DNA of 51,948 nucleotides from Geosiphon pyriformis uo1 (Eukaryota > Fungi > Glomeromycota): positions 1 to 51,948 of the forward strand of contig JAAOMT010000211.1 in the NCBI GenBank assembly GCA_016748015.1, written 5' to 3'. Shown one piece after another: positions 1 through 11,999 of this stretch. A program made the translations under genes and the position numbers. The notes below the pieces were generated by a model that saw only the letters and a program-made list of their open reading frames with translations, did no database searches and was not told the origin of the DNA. Positions within the stretch are counted from its first letter, which is position 1. Every line of letters starts with the position of its first letter.

Positions 1-1070
1 TGCTTTTTCAAGTTGGTTTAGAATTTTAAATCATCATCCAATTGTTTATAGAAGGAAATAAAATGAAAAGTGATTTAATTTCATTTAGAAAATAGAGGAT
101 TTTAATCAAAAAAAAGAATTAATTAATTAATTAATTAATTTTCCAGATAAACAGATATTTTTCGTTGAAGATTACATTTTTAATCTAGTTTCAACAATAA
201 CAACAACAACAGATATCAAATAAAAATAAATTTTTAACAATAAATACAAAATAAGAATTAGGAAAATATCTGCGGAACATGTCACTTCTTGTGGATTAAT
301 TAAGAGATTAAACAAATAATTAAGAATCTAATTTCAAGACTTAAATAAAGAATATTAATGAAATAAATTAAGAAAAATAAAAAAAGTATAAAGTATAAAA
401 ATAATTACAAAAAATAGAAGGTCGGATAGCTGATAGTGTATATATAGTTCATAGATTTTATTTTCACACCTTTTTGATAAATTAATTTTGGGAAATTTCA
501 TGTTTATGTTTATATTTATAATTAACTGTATTTTACTATTATTACTTAAACCATAACATAATTTTTTGATTAGTTTATTAAATAATTGTGATCTATCAAT
601 AATTTAGGATTTTGCATCACCCTACGCCACGAAAGTTTCGAATGTTATGATATGGGAATATTTTTCGGTAAATTAGATCTAAGCCTTCAATCTTTATAAA
701 AAGAAATCCCCGCCCAATTATTAAAAAAAAACTAGAAAGTTGTGTTCCCATTTTTGGATGGATGGATCGGTGATTGATTCAATTCACTTAAATAGGTTAA
801 TTTTTATAAATTTTAACTCTCCCCTTGGTTAAATTCAAAAAGGGATAATGACAAGAAATATGAAAGGTAATAGGAAAGATAGTTAGATTATTATACTTGA
901 GATCGATCTTCCATAGGAATTCTAATAATAAATATTTACAAAATACATTACATGATATGAATGTCATTTTAGTTATATTTAAATTTTAAACTTTTCGATA
1001 ATTTAAGTATTTAAGAGATTAAAAAACTTTGTGAGAACAGAAAACAAAGAAAAATAACAATTTTTTTAAG

Positions 1071-4000
1071 ATGAAAATGAAGCAGTTTTTCTTAACCATT
1101 TTTTTTAATCATTACCTTTTGATTATTTGGATGTTTTTAGCTTATTTTATTTCAATTACAAAGCCAACAATGAATAAAACGGTATATAAACTTGATTCCA
1201 TCGGAAGTTGTATCCTTATAGAATTATCATTGGTCCAAGATAGAACAATTATAGTTTTACTTTGGTGCCCATTTAATATGACTTTTCATTATTCCTATCT
1301 CAAGTTTACACCTGATGGCACAGCTTCTCTATATAACTGCACTGTTTTCTGTGATACCGAGACATATCATATTGAAATTTTAAACTCTAATTATATTTCA
1401 GTGACTCCTTGGGCTCAAAAACAAAGCAAACTATTTTCGTGGAATGGAACATTAATTCAAAGGTTTTTGTTTAATAACTCTTAAAGATAAAAATCTTTTG
1501 ATTTCAAAAAAAATAAACTTTATATTGATAATACATAACACTTTATACAGCGATATAGATCTATCTAAAACTGACAATACTCGATATTGTCAGTCAACAA
1601 GAAATATCCAACAAGATAAAAATTTCCTTAGGACTTGTGGAGTTAATTATACTTCGAGCAGTTACGAAATAGAATGGACTGTTTTTAATGCTCCGTAAGT
1701 TAATATACATTATATATAATATTTGAATATGAATTTCAAAGAAATAACCTTACGCATTCAATTTACATTTAGAACCTATTCAAACGAAAACATCAAACCA
1801 ATATCTGGTTCTAAAACATTTGAAAAACTTCAATTAAATACGACTTCTTCTGGTTATTCACCTTTTGCCACAATCGACGGAGGCTTCGGATTAGCTTATG
1901 TGGCTGAATTTGGTCTCAATACAAACATAACGACATACTCAGTATACGTTACATTTTGGGAGCCAGAAACAGCTGATTTTGGTCCTCATTTTCTACTCCA
2001 CCAAATTGAATCAAAATTTGGATTATATCTTAATTGTGATGCTCAAATAAATGCTGTGGGATATTATTGTGATCTGGGAAACAACCGAATATCATTTCTC
2101 CGAAGTGGGGCAGTATTAGAATACAACACTAATGATATTAATACTATTACAATCCCACTGGCTTATGGTGGATTATTAAAAATAAAAGACTTCGTGAAAG
2201 ATACAGTATTCGAATTATATGATCAAAATGAAGCTATGAATGATTCATGGAATATCTCGAGTCTGTATGATCACAATTCCTATACTATCTTATCAAACAA
2301 TACTTTTTGGGCTGTTACATCAGTCGGGACCGTCTATACTAAAAATTTACCATCCTTTTTAAAAAAAGGTTAGTAAGATTAAATGGAATGAGTTAGATTT
2401 TCATGATTTTCATTAATTTTTTTATTATTTGAACAGACACTAGATATGAAAATCCTTTTATCAATACTACCAACCCTCCTCTTAACGAAACGATTCCATT
2501 TGGGGCTCGAGAAATAAAGATTAATTATTCCGTGGAAATTGCACTTTCAAATAATAATATTTCTATCTATCAAAACAATGAAACTGAACCAATTCTGAGG
2601 CAAAGTATCTCTGCAAAGTCACAATATTGTCATGTGGATAACAAAACTATTAGAGTGGATGTTTTTGGAAGCACATTTAATCAACCGGATAAAGATTATT
2701 TTATTGTCGTCAATAATAATTTTGTGAAAGATGTACAATATAATGAAGCCATTAAAGGAATTAATAGAAATATATGGCAATTTAAAACAGGTAAACGTAC
2801 ATATTTTTTAATTTTTTCATTTCTGACAAATTTGTTTTAAAGATTAATAATTCATTGATTCATTCCTTTGTTTGTTTGTTTGTTTGTTTGTTTGTTTGTT
2901 TGTTTGTTTTTTATTTCATTTGAATGGTTTAGAAGGAAAAGAAAGCAAATATGCAGGTAAGAAGTTTTATTGTTTATTTTTTATTAGAAAATTTTTAAGG
3001 TCGCTATCTAACTAAAATACATAATATTTATTGTTATTGATTTAAGCTACCCTGATTGGACTCTTACGTCTGAATACAAATTTCTCAGATTTCAACAAAA
3101 TTAACGACGAACGAGAAGTTTTCAAAACACTTGAAGATCAATTATCTTTTACAATTCCAGTTGAAAGAAGTCGTATCAAAATTATTGATCATAAGACTGA
3201 TAAATCTAAATCAGAATCAGTAGGCCGAGCAATATTACGACTTCAAATTTCTTCAAAAAGCGGTTCTAGAAATCCAATGGAAATTGCACATGACCTCAAT
3301 GCATTAATCGAGAATAAATGGTTCACTCCCATTAGCACTTATTCACACACCGGCTTTTTAGATGAGACTTTTGGGTTCCAAGTTCAACGTGAGCGAGCAT
3401 TAATTAATCTTCATTATTTTATTTCTATTAAACTGTATATCATTTAATAATTTTTTTGTTTTTAGCAAATTTTTGGAAAAAATATAAATTTCATCTAATT
3501 GCAATTCCTATTATTGCAATAATATTAATGGCTCTATATTTTATAGGAAAAAAGAAAAATCCAAAGGTATTTGATTTATTTTTTTTGCTGTTATATTGGG
3601 ATTTAATTATTGTGGTTTAAAGTTTAAAATTAAATAAATATTTTAATAACTTTTACTAATTTTAGGGTAATAGCTCTGCAGTTGTTTCTATTATATTAAT
3701 TCTAGTCGATATCATAGTTGACATCGCATTCACAATAAAAAACGGAAAAGATGTGGGATTTTTATATTTACCAAGTTAATTCATTTTGTAAATTGTAAAT
3801 ACATCAAAAATTTAAAAACAGCAAAGATAATTAATTCGTATATTTTTTTTTGAACAGTATTATTTTTCTGGTAATACCTTTTCTTTTCAACACAGGACTG
3901 GCAGGATACATCATAATCAATGAGATTAGCATTAATAGAGAATATGTTGTATGGTTTCGGAAATTCGCAAAGCCCGCTGCCTTATTCACTATAATCTCTG

Positions 4001-4444
4001 CTGCTGATATAGATGCTCTGAATGTTTTACATTCAAAGTATGCAAACTTGGAGCTTTTCAGTGCACCGATTTCGAAAAGACTTGAAGATTTGATTTTTTG
4101 GGGTAGTACCATCAATATTTTTATTGAGGATATTCCACAATTTGTAATTCAGGTTTGATTTCAAAGATTTAGCTTTTTTTTTTCAAAATTTTGACGCTTC
4201 ACCAAATTAAATATCTTACAATTATTATTACTATTATTTCAACTAGATCATTTACCATCAAAATACCTTTCCCTACGATTTTATTCCTATAATGAGTCTC
4301 ATTATGAGCTCAGTTATCTTAACAATTAATATTATTACTCGATTTTATAACGCTTTGATTTGGTTCCGTGATCAAACTACTTTTTCACGAGTTGAACGCG
4401 AGGAAACGAATGAATTAGACTTGATAAATACTGGTTTAAAATAA
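1071..4444 (+). CDS. Multi-exon membrane protein: N-terminal hydrophobic segment, large ectodomain, C-terminal multi-TM region with EDIPQ motif (Glomeromycota-type family, function unknown)
   Basis: Exons joined in frame by eye: 1071-1462, 1551-1694, 1773-2368, 2437-2790, 2933-2956, 3047-3388, 3466-3566, 3666-3775, 3858-4152, 4247-4444 (TAA). All introns are GT-AG except intron 8 (see findings). Hydrophobic helices in exons 7-10. Confidence 0.8.
2867..2906. repeat. (TTTG)10 microsatellite in intron 4
   Basis: Directly visible. Confidence 0.95.
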
Positions 4445-5689
4445 ACCTTTTGAAATTGTTATTATGAGTCCAATGATTTTCTTTGTTTAATAATTTTAGC
4501 TTTGAATTTAACAATATTTATCGTGAAAAGAAAATAGAAAATGTAAAAAAAAGACATAGCTTATTTTCTATATAATTTAGATTATAGAGATATACTATAA
4601 ATATATGTTTTTTAATTAAAAATTGAAATTGTTTAGTATTGAAATATTTTTAGATAAATGCTATCCATTTTCTTTTTTAGGATCTGATTGCGATTATCAC
4701 TTTCGAGCTCTCAGAAAATGGGGCTATTGGTTTTTCATTATAGATTGAAACATAATTAACTTTTTTGGGCCTTAGCATTCACTCAAAAATGGCAACTGAT
4801 AATTAATTTGCCGCATAATAAAAATAATTTTAAAGTTAGATTGGTTTCATATTATGAAGCATTTTTCTTTAAAAAAACTTTTCAAGTTATAGCTTCTTTT
4901 GATAAAAAAATCTAATTCGAGATAATTGGCGATTATCTCCTTAAATCTACTTCTAAATTAGTTTTATTGTAATTCCAAAAAACAATCATCATGAGAAAAG
5001 CAATTTTTGAATTATAGCTGGGAAAACATAGTCAGATTTTCTTTTCATGACAATTAACGCTCCCTCAAGTCAGTCGAAAAATGAAATTGCGTTTTAATTA
5101 ATGAAGCTGAAGAAATTATTTTCTGGCGAAAAAAATTAAATTATCAATATTGTATTGATAAAGAGAGATTTTTAAGAAGTTTGTCTTGCTAATAAATAAT
5201 GATTTCAAACTATTAAATCACATTCCCGAAAAGCTAGAAATTCATTCACTTTATTTACATTACATCAAAAACTATGTTTGTCATTATCCTATTGATATTT
5301 TTATTTTTAAATGAAAATCTTTTAATTTTTAACAATTTATTTGCATTTTCAATATATATCATTTATAAGAATATTTATTTAGTGCGTGAATGAATGCATT
5401 ACACATATATCATTGTGTGTGTGTGTTACATATAATCCATTTATTTTAATTTTACGCTAAAAAACAGAAACTTAACGTCACATGTTCACTTTTTACAGCA
5501 TGCTTTATATCAAGATTAATAAGGAAACACTTTATAATCAATAACTTTCACACTCAAAATAGTTATCAAATGAACTATATTTTATAGCCTATATGATACT
5601 CTTTAATATAAAATTAAAAACTAATTCCTCTCTGAAATTTTTTATCTATTCCAAGTTAAATATCATCATTGATTGCATAAATCCAAATC

Positions 5690-6600
5690 CAACTCTAAAA
5701 AAGGTGAATAAACCAAGAAAGTTTATGAAATATTAAATATAAAAAATGAAAGGCTTATGCTTTATAGAAAATTCAGGTTTTGAGATCAATCGGTCTCAAT
5801 ATCTTGCCATATCTTTGATAACACTTTATGTCTCTTCCAAAATTAAGGCTTGTCGATTTAAGTTACAATTATCGTGAGTAGCAATAACTCTTTGTTGAGA
5901 TTCTTCTACAGTGTCATGACAAGCCGGTGTATGTTTTTTGATCATAGGATGCTTTCCATTAATCACATCAAATTGCATGTGAATAGGATCTGTATTATTC
6001 AAAAGTTCTTTCTCCCCAAATAATTTCACAGAAAATGATGGCAAAGCTGAATATATTGTTATACTTAATATGAGGAACCCTTGCAAATCTTGGGTACAAG
6101 ATACTCAAAAATATCATAAATATTACCAGACTGTGGAGAATAATTGGCATGGCAACAGAATCCAAGATCAGAAATGACGACTTTTAAGGTTTTGTTTTCA
6201 AAACATGAATATTTCGAGAATTTAAGTCCTCATGCACCAGATTTGAATCATGTCACTAGCAATTCCAAAAAGCATATGAAGAACCATTTCCCAAATAAGA
6301 GTTGTTTCGTTCATCTTGAGAAAAGTTCAGAGTTACTCATCCATTTTAATAGCAACATCCAAGTTGTATTGTGCATTTTGATTTTCTGCCTCTCTGCTTT
6401 TGAATAGCTTCTAAATTTTTCACTGTTCCTCATTTATTTCGGATAATATATTCTAATATTGGCTTGTGGACTTGGATTTCCCACTTTTTCTAGATCTTTC
6501 ATTTGTTTCCAGTCTATTTGCATACACAATGTTCTTTTTCAATCAAAATATAACTTCAACTTCGAGGCACTAACTCCTTAATGAAATAGATTTCTTTTAA
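5690..6600 (-). pseudogene. Decayed Sel1-repeat/protein kinase paralog
   Basis: 5840-6330 aligns with the kinase at 20780-21310 (e.g. TTTAAGTTACAATTATCGTGAGTAGCAATAACTCTTTGTTGA; ...ISDLGFC...). 6350-6520 resembles the Sel1 region at 22250-22420. Frameshifts and deletions present. Confidence 0.75.
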
Positions 6601-7598
6601 ACAACATTTTTTAAAACTGAGTTATTTTTTAATAAACTCAGACTATCTAATTTTTTTCCTTATTTTATTTAGCCAATTGGAAAACCTTATTTATACTCTT
6701 TATTAAATTCCCAATATCCAAAAATATACAATTGAAAATACTTTTTAATCTATTAATGACATTATATTTTTTTGCTCTGTTTCCCAAAAATTTTCGGTTT
6801 GCATTTAAAAAAGTATATTTTTTCAACTAAATTTAACTAATAAAAGTTTTTTAAAACTTTAAAATTATTCAAAACATTCTTAATAAAAACAATTAATTTT
6901 ATCATTGATTTAACATATTACACCCAAAAAAAGAAAATTCTATTTCCATAAATTTCATCAGAATATTTTTTTTATGCTTCTTTTTACATGTCATATTCTT
7001 GAGATATGAAAAAAGAAAAAGGTTTTAATTGTACAATAAAGCTAATATGATATAGTAATAATATAGCTAACCTCTAATAAAGTAATCAGCAATTATTTTT
7101 TATATATTATTTTTAATAATAAATAATCTAAATTTTTTGAATTTTAATATTTTTTTTACATTTTTAAATAGTAAAATATTTTACCATTTTATATATATAC
7201 TCTTATAATCTAAAAAGTAAAAGTTATGTAAAATCAAGAATATTTTTAATTCTTGTGGAATTGAGCCAAAATAGTTAGTGTTAAACATCTCACTCAAATT
7301 TTTTAAAGGTAAAAGAGACTTTTAAATAATTAATTGTTTGAGAAGCATGAATTTTAATTCGTTCAATGCTATAAACAAAATAATTTAGAAAAGAGATTAA
7401 TTATATAATACAGAGTAACTTTTTTAATACGTGAAATAGATTTCATGTTTATATATAAACGAACTCTTTCCGCTGTAATTTTATTCTTAATTCAAGCTTT
7501 CATCCTTTAAACATCAGAAGATTTAAAAAGCACTCGATCAAAGAATTTTCAACCATAATTCAAATACCTCCCATTCTTTACTAATTCACTCTATCAAA

Positions 7599-7786
7599 AT
7601 GGCTAAAATCTCCCTTGCTTTGACTACTGTTCTGCTACAATTCTCGTTTTGTCAGTGGTTTTTCCTTTAATAAATACATCTTCATATATTGGCAACTAAA
7701 ATAACAATAATGGCAATTGGAACAAAGGTAACAACAATGGTGTCAATAACGGAAATGCCAACAGGATTAATAATGAAAACAAATAA
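7599..7786 (+). pseudogene. Broken small secreted Asn/Gly-rich peptide gene
   Basis: MAKISLALTTV, then a frameshift to ATILVLSVVFPLINTSSYIGN*NNNNGNWNKGNNNGVNNGNANRINNENK*. TATA-like ATATATAAAC at ~7451. Confidence 0.45.
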
Positions 7787-8689
7787 ACCGATATTCTTAA
7801 TGGCAAAATCAAAAAAATCCTTCCACGGTCATTAGAAAATATTATTTCTTGTATAAAATATTTTCTCTCTTTGAATTAATCTTGGGAAGTTGTCCTTTTA
7901 GATTACTAAATTCTACTGATTAATCCACTAGTTCTTGATAGCAACCAAATGAATAACAAAGTAAATTTTCAGTTTTTAAAAATATTTATCGCTTGTAATC
8001 TTTACAATAATCATATACTCAACAAAATAAATTTTGATATAAATTAAAATAAAAAGGTTTTTGAAATTTCCACTAGAAAATAATCTAAAAAGATTATTTT
8101 CAGATAATCACTCATTTTTTCTTTCGATTCTCACTGAGTTTAAATTCTAATGTTGATGATTTCATTAATTAAATCAATCTCCTTGAGAGGTGAAATAATG
8201 ATTAGCCTGACAACATGTTATGAAACTAATCATTTCATAATTTAACACTTCCATACAATTTTGTTTAGTGAAATAGTTAGACGTGTAATGTGGCAGAGAC
8301 ATTTTTCTCTGTTCCATTAAAAAATAAAGATAACCGTTTTTTCTCTGACTGATAAAAGAGATATTGCTATTTTACCTACTACTAAGTTCCAATCTGGTGA
8401 TGAAAAAGTAGTAAAAGAGCTTTTAAGAGTAAAAATATTCTAGTTCCTAAACTGGAATGAAATAAAGGAGCAGGTTGAGAAGAAAAACCTGGTAATCACC
8501 ACCAAGAAAATTTAAAGTTAGATTTTATTCAAATAGATTAACAAATAGCTATAAAAGTCGCTCCAGCAATTATAGGCTGAGTTGATATAAAGGCTTTCAT
8601 CATCACTGATTTTTGATAATTTTTTAGGCTATGATATATTTTTAAAAGTAAATAAAGAACTAGTCCCTCATTGCTAATTTAACTAAACG

Positions 8690-9010
8690 CCAAATCCAAC
8701 TCTGAAAAAAGGCTTTAATATTAAAAAATTCTCAAAAAGATTAAATAATGACAATTGAAAAGCTTACCATTTGTTGAAAATGTAGGTTTCTAGATTAATC
8801 GGCTTGTATATTTTGTCGTATCTTGTATCTCTTTGGAATTAAGTTTTTTTTCACAGACAGGTTCATTAAAGTTACAGGTATTGTGTCCAGCGATAACTCT
8901 TTATTGAAGCTCTTATGCAGTGTCACGACTAGCCGGATTATCATCCCAATTTTTTTTAATCATTTCCTGAACACATTGAAATATGCTTTTATTACAAAGC
9001 TTGTTACAAA
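8690..9010 (-). pseudogene. Third fragment of the kinase-gene 3' end
   Basis: CCAAATCCAACTCT..AAAAAGG is shared with ~5683-5704. GATAACTCTTTATTGAAGCTCTTATGCAGTG matches ~5883 and ~20807. Confidence 0.65.
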
Positions 9011-9068
9011 AAATATTTAACCGGCTGCAAGCTATATAATTGCTATTTCATACATAAAAATATTTACT

Positions 9069-11572
9069 TCAATTGTCCAATGAATAATGCAGTGGAACGA
9101 AACTTTTAACTATTGTCGTTCTGTCCATAACTGTCTTACTGTTCCAAATGTTGTCAAATGGATTAACATAGGCTTTTAGTATTATATCCAGTTCTTTTCT
9201 AATCTCAGGAGAAAGACAGACAAATGGTGCCAGTGAGAAGACAGTCAGACTCGTCTTGCTTCATCCACTCGGGCCGATGAAATCCTTCCATCTTGTCTCG
9301 CAAGGACCAATAGAAACATAGGTGCGGGAATGATGGCATCGTTGCCAGATCCATTCCTCTGAATATATATTGCGGTTTCATCTTATAGGTTGAGTCTTTG
9401 GTGTAATGAGCATCTCCCCATGAAACATCTCTGTTCTTTACTGATATTGTAACATAAGTGAATTGAGCATTCCGTCGTTTGAGTGGGATGAGAAGGTCGA
9501 CACCAAGTTGGTTGAACTTCAGAATTGCGGCTGCACCCCGTCTAAACAGTCGTGCAAGCAATCCGCTATCAGGAGTGTATTCTACCTGTATGAAATGGGT
9601 AAAGCATAGAACGGATTCCAGTAATATTTTATCCGTTAGTTGTGAATAGGGCATCAAGATCACCAAACAAGGCAGACAAGAATTCCTTGAGAGATAATTC
9701 TCTTGTGTAAAGTCTATCTTTGCCCCAACTCTTTTGTACGCATTTCCGCCATGCGATTATTAGGATAAGTCTTGCAACAAGTTCGCCACGGTAACCGGCA
9801 TCAACGAATTCACATTGAAATGATGTTGCAAACAGCTGAAGGACCTTCACTAGTGTCGCATCACTGTCTATAAGTCTAAAAGCAGCTTCAGCGAGGATAG
9901 GCTCAGATGGATACATCACGAGCATTTGGCTTCTGTCCTCTTTGATGGAAATACAGGTAGCCATGTGGCTACTCACTAGCAGATGTGATAAATGCGGTTG
10001 TGGTGATATATCCACAGAAATCAGTACAGACATAATAGCGATAGCCATGGCCAACTGTTCATCAACTGTTTTAGCAGTAGAAAGGATGCTCTGCAAATTA
10101 GTAGTCACAGTGCCACCAAGCAACTTTCTTTTTGCGGTTTCAACTGCTCTTCCAATTGACAAGCCAGACTTAAGCAATGCAGTCCACAAGGCACGACCTA
10201 GGAAAAACCTGTCAGTTGGATTCTCCACTTGTCCCATGAACAATGCATCTATTGTTGAAACATCAATGAATGGCGGAAGCAACTTAAGTGGCTTGGTAGT
10301 TGGGAGCCGTAGGGAAGGGTCACGTTCCTCAGCTGATACGAAATTGGACAGACAATCAGCTGTATCTAACATAACGCACATAAAGTTCTTCCATCCGATA
10401 TTTTGCAAAGCACGTCGAATGATCCTGAATAGAGATCGTTCCTTTGTTTTGTGAATTGTCGTGGTCAGAATGCGTGCCTCATCTAGACACAGCATAAATT
10501 TGAGTGTGGGTGCTTCAGAGGTTATATATAGTTGCTTGGGAATACTCTCCATCTTTGGGGGACTTGCATCGAGCGCATGTTGTAGGTCAGTGGTAACGCC
10601 AGTCCAGAACCTCTTCTCTTTGCTGGGATCCATCTGCATTTCCCAACATTCGGAAGGCGTCAGACTATCTTGAATCATGCGACCAAGTGCGGCAACCGTG
10701 CATTCCAAAAATGTCTCAAACCAGCTGACTTTTGCGAACGTCATTTCCTCAAGAATTTTGGATGCAATGCTCGACCGAGGAGGATAGCCTGTGCTCATTG
10801 GTAGCCGAAAGCACACATATAAAACATAGACATCTTGTGCGATCTCTGCGATGAGGCGGGACTTCCCGTAGCCGGAGCTCTGAATCAATGCAATATATGG
10901 AGAGTAACTATCATCCTCGTGACACTTCGACAAACAAAATTTGATGTGACTGTGAAAGTTTGCAACGAAATTCTGGCTGTTCACAAACTTGTACTTGAAC
11001 GCATCTGCGACTAAATCCTTGTCGCTTTCACTTTCAGCATCATCTGTACGAGCCTTCTTCGCCTGACGCTCAGCCCCTTTCAGCATAACCATAGAAGAAA
11101 GAGAAAGGAAGGAAAAAAAAGTAGTTAGCAAACAGAATATCAAAGTAATGGATGAAAACAGATACATTGAAATATAATACCATTTATTATCTCTATTCTA
11201 TACGTCCCAACGCGCGTGTTGTAATTCATTCCAACTATTTTCACAATATGATATTATTTACTAATTTTTGATCGTGAATCAACAGATGGTTGCAATATTT
11301 GCTCACTAATTACCTTCCTCTTCGCTTTTAAGTTTTTCAACCAAAGCAGCAATTGTCATTGCTGGTCCCAATTTCATGCCATCTTGCATAAGTTTTTCTT
11401 CAGTTAACAATAGGAAGTCTTGACCGGCAATCCTGTTAGTCTTGATTATATCGAGATCTTCTTTTATAAGGAATAACTCTTCGCTCTTTTTCTTAAGAAA
11501 CTCATTAACTTGTTGCGGAGCCCACTTCTTAATTTCTACAACTTCCTCAATGCCAAGGTCCTCTAAATCCAT
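9069..11572 (-). pseudogene. Crinkler-like effector: SAM header + P-loop NTPase + PD-(D/E)xK REase-like domain; two frameshifts
   Basis: Exon 1 (11572-11314) is a SAM domain (W..QQV..FL...IAGQDFLLLTEEKLMQDGMKLGPAMTI). GT-AG intron 11313-11077 has a TGCTAAC branch site and joins in frame. Walker A QSSGYGKS, Walker B MLCLDEA, nuclease-like GVDLLIP...ISVKN. Frame changes at ~9635 and ~9230; the putative last segment FVCLSPEIRKELDIILKAYVNPF...DN ends at TGA 9071-9069. Confidence 0.75.
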
Positions 11573-11999
11573 TTTTTTCGTAGATAACAATGAGTGATTC
11601 TCCAAAAAATAATACTCGTACCAAGTCTACTTTACCTTGAGTTAGTTCTGATTTCAGGGGAGCAGGGGTGCTTTAAAAGTTTTGGTTCTTATCTGTTTTC
11701 TTTCTTTTAATTTCTATAATCGAATCAGCCGAAGAAGTACTAGCTTTGCCTTCATAGCTTGGAAAAGTGATACATAAAAATCTATTTCGGCTGTGAAACA
11801 TTTTATGCTAATTGACCATTCACTTTTTTTATCTTGTGTAACCGAAATTATGTACATATTTATTAAGCCACCAAGGCTAAAGAAAGTAAAATTGTTATTT
11901 TTTATATAAAATTTAATAAATAAATAATTTTTTAAAGAGTTTTTATACAATCAAAAAAATACTTGGTTTTTGTTTATCAAATTTTATATTTAAATTATT

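Noticed and set aside
9942-10673. Plus-strand ORFs of 170 and 70 aa
   Set aside because: Antisense shadows of the Crinkler NTPase exon.
9200-11076. Horizontal transfer inferred from higher GC
   Set aside because: The native glutamine synthetase exons look similarly GC-rich, so composition alone is insufficient.
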